From contig CAKOLD010000003.1 of assembly GCA_934096015.1 (NCBI GenBank), forward strand, positions 2,640-66,639: 64,000 nt of DNA, in the 5' to 3' direction. Position 1 is the stretch's first letter, and the number at the start of each line of letters is the position of its first letter. This document shows positions 60,868 through 64,000 of the stretch, piece after piece. The position numbers were made by a program, and so were the translations under genes. The notes under the pieces were generated by a model. The model was given only the letters and a program-made list of their open reading frames with translations, ran no database searches and was not told the DNA's origin. This stretch comes from an uncultured Bacilli bacterium. Its GTDB lineage: Bacteria; Bacillota_I; Bacilli_A; RF39; UBA660.

Positions 60868-62129
60868 TGGAAAAAAGATATATAACAGTAACAACTTTAA
60901 ACAATTATTTAAAACATAAATTTGATACTGACCCCAATATTCAACGCGTATCATTAAGAGGAGAAATATCTAATTTTAAAGGACACACAAGAGGCCATCT
61001 TTATTTTACAATTAAAGATGAAAATTCCAGAATTAGTGCTGTAATGTTTGCATCTCATGCTTCTAAAATTACATTCACCCCGATTGATGGCATGAAAGTA
61101 TTAGCAACAGGAAGAGTAAGTATTTATCCTGCCACGGGATCCTATCAAATCTATGTTGAAGAAATGGAAGAAGACGGAATAGGAAATTTATATCTAAAAT
61201 TCGAAGAACTTAAGAAAAAATTAGCATCAGAAGGTTTATTTGATCAGAATCTAAAAAAGCCGATTCCTAAGTACCCAGAAAAAATTGGAATAGTAACCGC
61301 TTCAACTGGAGCAGCTATAAGAGATATTCAAAGTACGATAAAAAGAAGATATCCTTTGTGTGAAACTATTTTATTTCCCTCTTTAGTTCAAGGAGAGTTG
61401 GCTGCACCTAATATCGTAAAACAAATAGAGATTGCTGATGAATATGGATTAGATGTTCTTATCGTCGGCAGAGGTGGAGGATCCATAGAAGACTTATGGG
61501 CTTTTAACGAAGAAATAGTTGCTAGAGCAATATATAAAGCAAAGACCCCAATAATTAGTGCAGTTGGGCATGAAATAGATTTTACAATAGCCGACTTTGT
61601 AGCAGATTTACGTGCCCCAACTCCAACAGGAGCTGCAGAAATGGCAGTTCCTAATATTACAGATTTAAAAGAATTAACAAATCAATTAACTATACGATTA
61701 AATAAAACTATAAATCGTAAACTGGATGAAGAGAAAAATAAATACAATAATTTACGTAACAATCATGTATTAACATCCCCATTGGCACCAATTGAAATTA
61801 AAGAGGAAAAATTAGCAAATATTATCACTAATCTTGAAAATATAATAAAACATAAAATAGAAATTAATAAAAATAATTATTTAAATTTAATAAATAATAA
61901 TATATTAAAAAATCCTGAGATTTTATTTGGAAAATCAAAAGAAAGATACAATCTTAATATAAATAAATTAGAACTTTTAAATCCCTTAAATATCTTAAAA
62001 AAAGGATATAGTATTGTAAAAAAAGATAACGAAGTAATAAAAAAGAAAGAACAAATTAAAGTTAATGATTTAATAAATATTACATTAAATAATGGTGAGT
62101 TAAAAGCAGAAATAAAGGAAGTGAAATAA
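60867..62129 (+). CDS. xseA: exodeoxyribonuclease VII large subunit
   Basis: N-terminal OB fold (ITVTTLNNYLK..RVSLRGEISNF) and a catalytic domain with GRGGGSIEDLWAFNEE. Confidence 0.85.
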   Translation: MEKRYITVTTLNNYLKHKFDTDPNIQRVSLRGEISNFKGHTRGHLYFTIKDENSRISAVMFASHASKITFTPIDGMKVLATGRVSIYPATGSYQIYVEEMEEDGIGNLYLKFEELKKKLASEGLFDQNLKKPIPKYPEKIGIVTASTGAAIRDIQSTIKRRYPLCETILFPSLVQGELAAPNIVKQIEIADEYGLDVLIVGRGGGSIEDLWAFNEEIVARAIYKAKTPIISAVGHEIDFTIADFVADLRAPTPTGAAEMAVPNITDLKELTNQLTIRLNKTINRKLDEEKNKYNNLRNNHVLTSPLAPIEIKEEKLANIITNLENIIKHKIEINKNNYLNLINNNILKNPEILFGKSKERYNLNINKLELLNPLNILKKGYSIVKKDNEVIKKKEQIKVNDLINITLNNGELKAEIKEVK

Positions 62130-62356
62130 TGCAAGAAAAAAAATTTGAAGAACTTATGGTAGATTTAGAAAAAATAGTTAAAGAACTAGAAACTGGAGAA
62201 GTTGATTTAGAAAGCAGCATAGAAAAATATACAGAAGCTATGAAGTTAGCAAAAATATGTGGAGATAAACTAGACAAAGCCACAGAATCAGTAAATAAAA
62301 TTTTAAATGAAGACGGTACACTTACTGATTTTAATGTAGAAGAGAATAACCAATAA
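62129..62356 (+). CDS. xseB: exodeoxyribonuclease VII small subunit
   Basis: 75-aa helical protein FEELMVDLEKIVKELETGEVDLESSIEKY; overlaps the xseA stop. Confidence 0.8.
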   Translation: MQEKKFEELMVDLEKIVKELETGEVDLESSIEKYTEAMKLAKICGDKLDKATESVNKILNEDGTLTDFNVEENNQ

Positions 62357-62405
62357 ATGGTTATTTTTTTTTGACTATTTTATTCATAATAATAAGGGTG
62401 AGATT

Positions 62406-63374
62406 ATGAAAAGAAAATTAATTATATTATTAATAAGTTTATTTATTCCTTTAAATACCTTAGCATATTCAAAATTTATCATACCTGGTGGAGAAAATAT
62501 AGGAATTGAAGTCAAAAATAATGGTGTTTTAATAATAGGATTTTATAAAATAAATGAATCTTACAACAAAAATGGCTTAAAAATAGGAGATACAATACTA
62601 AAAGTTAATGATAAAAATATTACTACCATTGAGGAACTTGTAAATACCATAGATGAAAAACAAAAAGATGGCAAAGTAAATATCACAATATTAAGGGATA
62701 ATAAAGAAAAAAATATAGAATTTGAACTTATCGAAGATAACAATAGATACAAAACAGGTTTATATGTTAAAGATTCTATTACAGGAATAGGAACTCTAAC
62801 ATATATTGATCCTTCTACTCACATTTATGGAGCTCTCGGTCACGAAATAATTGAATCCAATAGCCTAAAAAAAATTGAAGTAAGAACTGGAGCCATATTT
62901 GAAAGTAATATTACTGGAATAGATAAAAGTGAAAGGGGAGTAGCTGGTACTAAAAATGCCAAATTTAATTTTAAAAATATTTATGGAACAATTAATAAAA
63001 ATACTGGAAGTGGTATATACGGAGAATACAAAGTTAACTTTCCAGAAAAAGAACTTTTAGAAGTTGCTACAAATGAAGAAATAAAAACCGGAGAAGCCAA
63101 AATATTAACAGTTTTAAAAAATAATAAAGTTGAAGAATTCAATATAAATATTTTAAAAATAGATTCTACTACAAAAATAAAAAATATCTATTTTGAAATA
63201 ACTGATAAAAACTTAATAAATCAAACTGGTGGAATAGTACAAGGGATGAGTGGATCACCAATTATTCAAAACAATAAAATTATTGGAGCGGTAACTCATG
63301 TCATTATTAATGAACCAGTAACTGGCTATGGCATATTCATAACCACAATGTTAGAAACTGGAGAAGCAAATTAA
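62406..63374 (+). CDS. spoIVB: stage IV sporulation protein B (S55 peptidase with PDZ domain)
   Basis: PDZ region, catalytic His in GTLTYIDPSTHIYGALGH, catalytic Ser in GGIVQGMSGSPII. Confidence 0.8.
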   Translation: MKRKLIILLISLFIPLNTLAYSKFIIPGGENIGIEVKNNGVLIIGFYKINESYNKNGLKIGDTILKVNDKNITTIEELVNTIDEKQKDGKVNITILRDNKEKNIEFELIEDNNRYKTGLYVKDSITGIGTLTYIDPSTHIYGALGHEIIESNSLKKIEVRTGAIFESNITGIDKSERGVAGTKNAKFNFKNIYGTINKNTGSGIYGEYKVNFPEKELLEVATNEEIKTGEAKILTVLKNNKVEEFNINILKIDSTTKIKNIYFEITDKNLINQTGGIVQGMSGSPIIQNNKIIGAVTHVIINEPVTGYGIFITTMLETGEAN

Positions 63375-63504
63375 GCTTCTTTTTTTGTTTAAAAGTAAGA
63401 GTTTTATGCCCAAATAAAAAAATAGACGCAAAACTAGATATTTAAAACATAATAAAAATTAAAAATAAAACTTTATTATAAACTAACAAAAAAGGAGGTC
63501 ATAT

Positions 63505-64000
63505 ATGGATAATTGGACAGATAAATATCAACATCTTCTATACGGCGCAAAACAGCGTTTTCTTAATTCTGAAAAACAATACCTAGTAGTTGGAATGGAT
63601 GAAAACCATGATTTTAGAGAATTGTTCTTAAATGAAATACCAAACATTGGTTTTTTTGTCGATTCCTACAAAAAAGAAAAATATTTAAAAGTTTCTCTAT
63701 TCGAATTAAAAGAAGACAAATTAAATCTTATTTATTCATACGATATGGAAAGTCAAATAAAAAATACAGATTTATTGTCATCAAACACTTGGAAAGCACC
63801 AGAAGAAATTTTATTGGAAGCTACTAAGAATATTCCTGAAGTATGCAATAAATATTTGATATTAACATATAAAAATAATGAATATAATTGGGCTTATTTA
63901 AATGAGGCCGATCCTAATATTTTTCTAGAAAAATACGAAATAGAAAAAATAGAAGCTTGCGCTTTATATCAAAAAAATGGTAACCATTATCTTTTAATAG
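63505..64000 (+). CDS. hypothetical protein, 3'-partial (runs off the window end)
   Basis: Strong RBS AAGGAGG 6 nt upstream of the ATG; open frame to nt 64000. Confidence 0.4.
   Translation, partial: MDNWTDKYQHLLYGAKQRFLNSEKQYLVVGMDENHDFRELFLNEIPNIGFFVDSYKKEKYLKVSLFELKEDKLNLIYSYDMESQIKNTDLLSSNTWKAPEEILLEATKNIPEVCNKYLILTYKNNEYNWAYLNEADPNIFLEKYEIEKIEACALYQKNGNHYLLI

Noticed and set aside
1-64000. CRISPR arrays, IS/transposase genes, integrases, rRNA genes and riboswitches other than the infC leader
   Set aside because: No regularly spaced direct repeats, no recognisable transposase, recombinase or integrase motifs, and no rRNA-like sequence were seen. Intergenic regions are short apart from 10727-11307.

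Overview
This 64 kb window is a very AT-rich (about 27-30% GC), gene-dense, mostly plus-strand stretch of a low-GC Firmicutes chromosome. The organism is clearly an endospore former: sigG, ylmC/ymxH, dacB-spmA-spmB, a spoIIAA-like/sigF-like pair followed by spoVAC-spoVAD-spoVAE, a gerA-type germinant receptor operon, spoIIGA-sigE and spoIVB are all present. Housekeeping content includes cdaA-cdaR-gpmI-glmM, deoD, an M16 peptidase pair, tRNA-Arg(CCT), a prs-like gene, lspA-rluD, a rhomboid protease, rluB, rlmD, rnj, fmt, the infC-rpmI-rplT operon with its L20-type leader, murT-gatD, ftsA-ftsZ, sepF-divIVA, cca, dnaD-nth, nusB-xseA-xseB, a ZIP metal transporter and two tandem ABC-FtsX fusion transporters. 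TAG, TAA and TGA are all used as ordinary stop codons. No CRISPR array, IS element or rRNA gene was seen. Accessory and unusual content: (i) a peptidase-C39 ABC exporter followed by two tiny ORFs absent from the ORF track, each with a double-glycine leader and GxxxG motifs, which looks like a two-peptide class IIb-like bacteriocin locus; (ii) a sigma-F-like module whose STAS (SpoIIAA-like) partner lacks the phosphorylatable serine and has no SpoIIAB kinase gene between it and the sigma gene; (iii) a TasA/camelysin-like gene disrupted by an in-frame TAG at the signal-peptide boundary; (iv) a type IV pilin gene inside the cdaA-cdaR-glmM cluster, with a PilC/PilD pair 13 kb away and no ATPase; (v) ribosomal protein L20 with a Rho_N-like C-terminal extension; (vi) degraded ORF remnants next to the tRNA. 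All similarity calls are from motif recognition by eye; none was checked by search.
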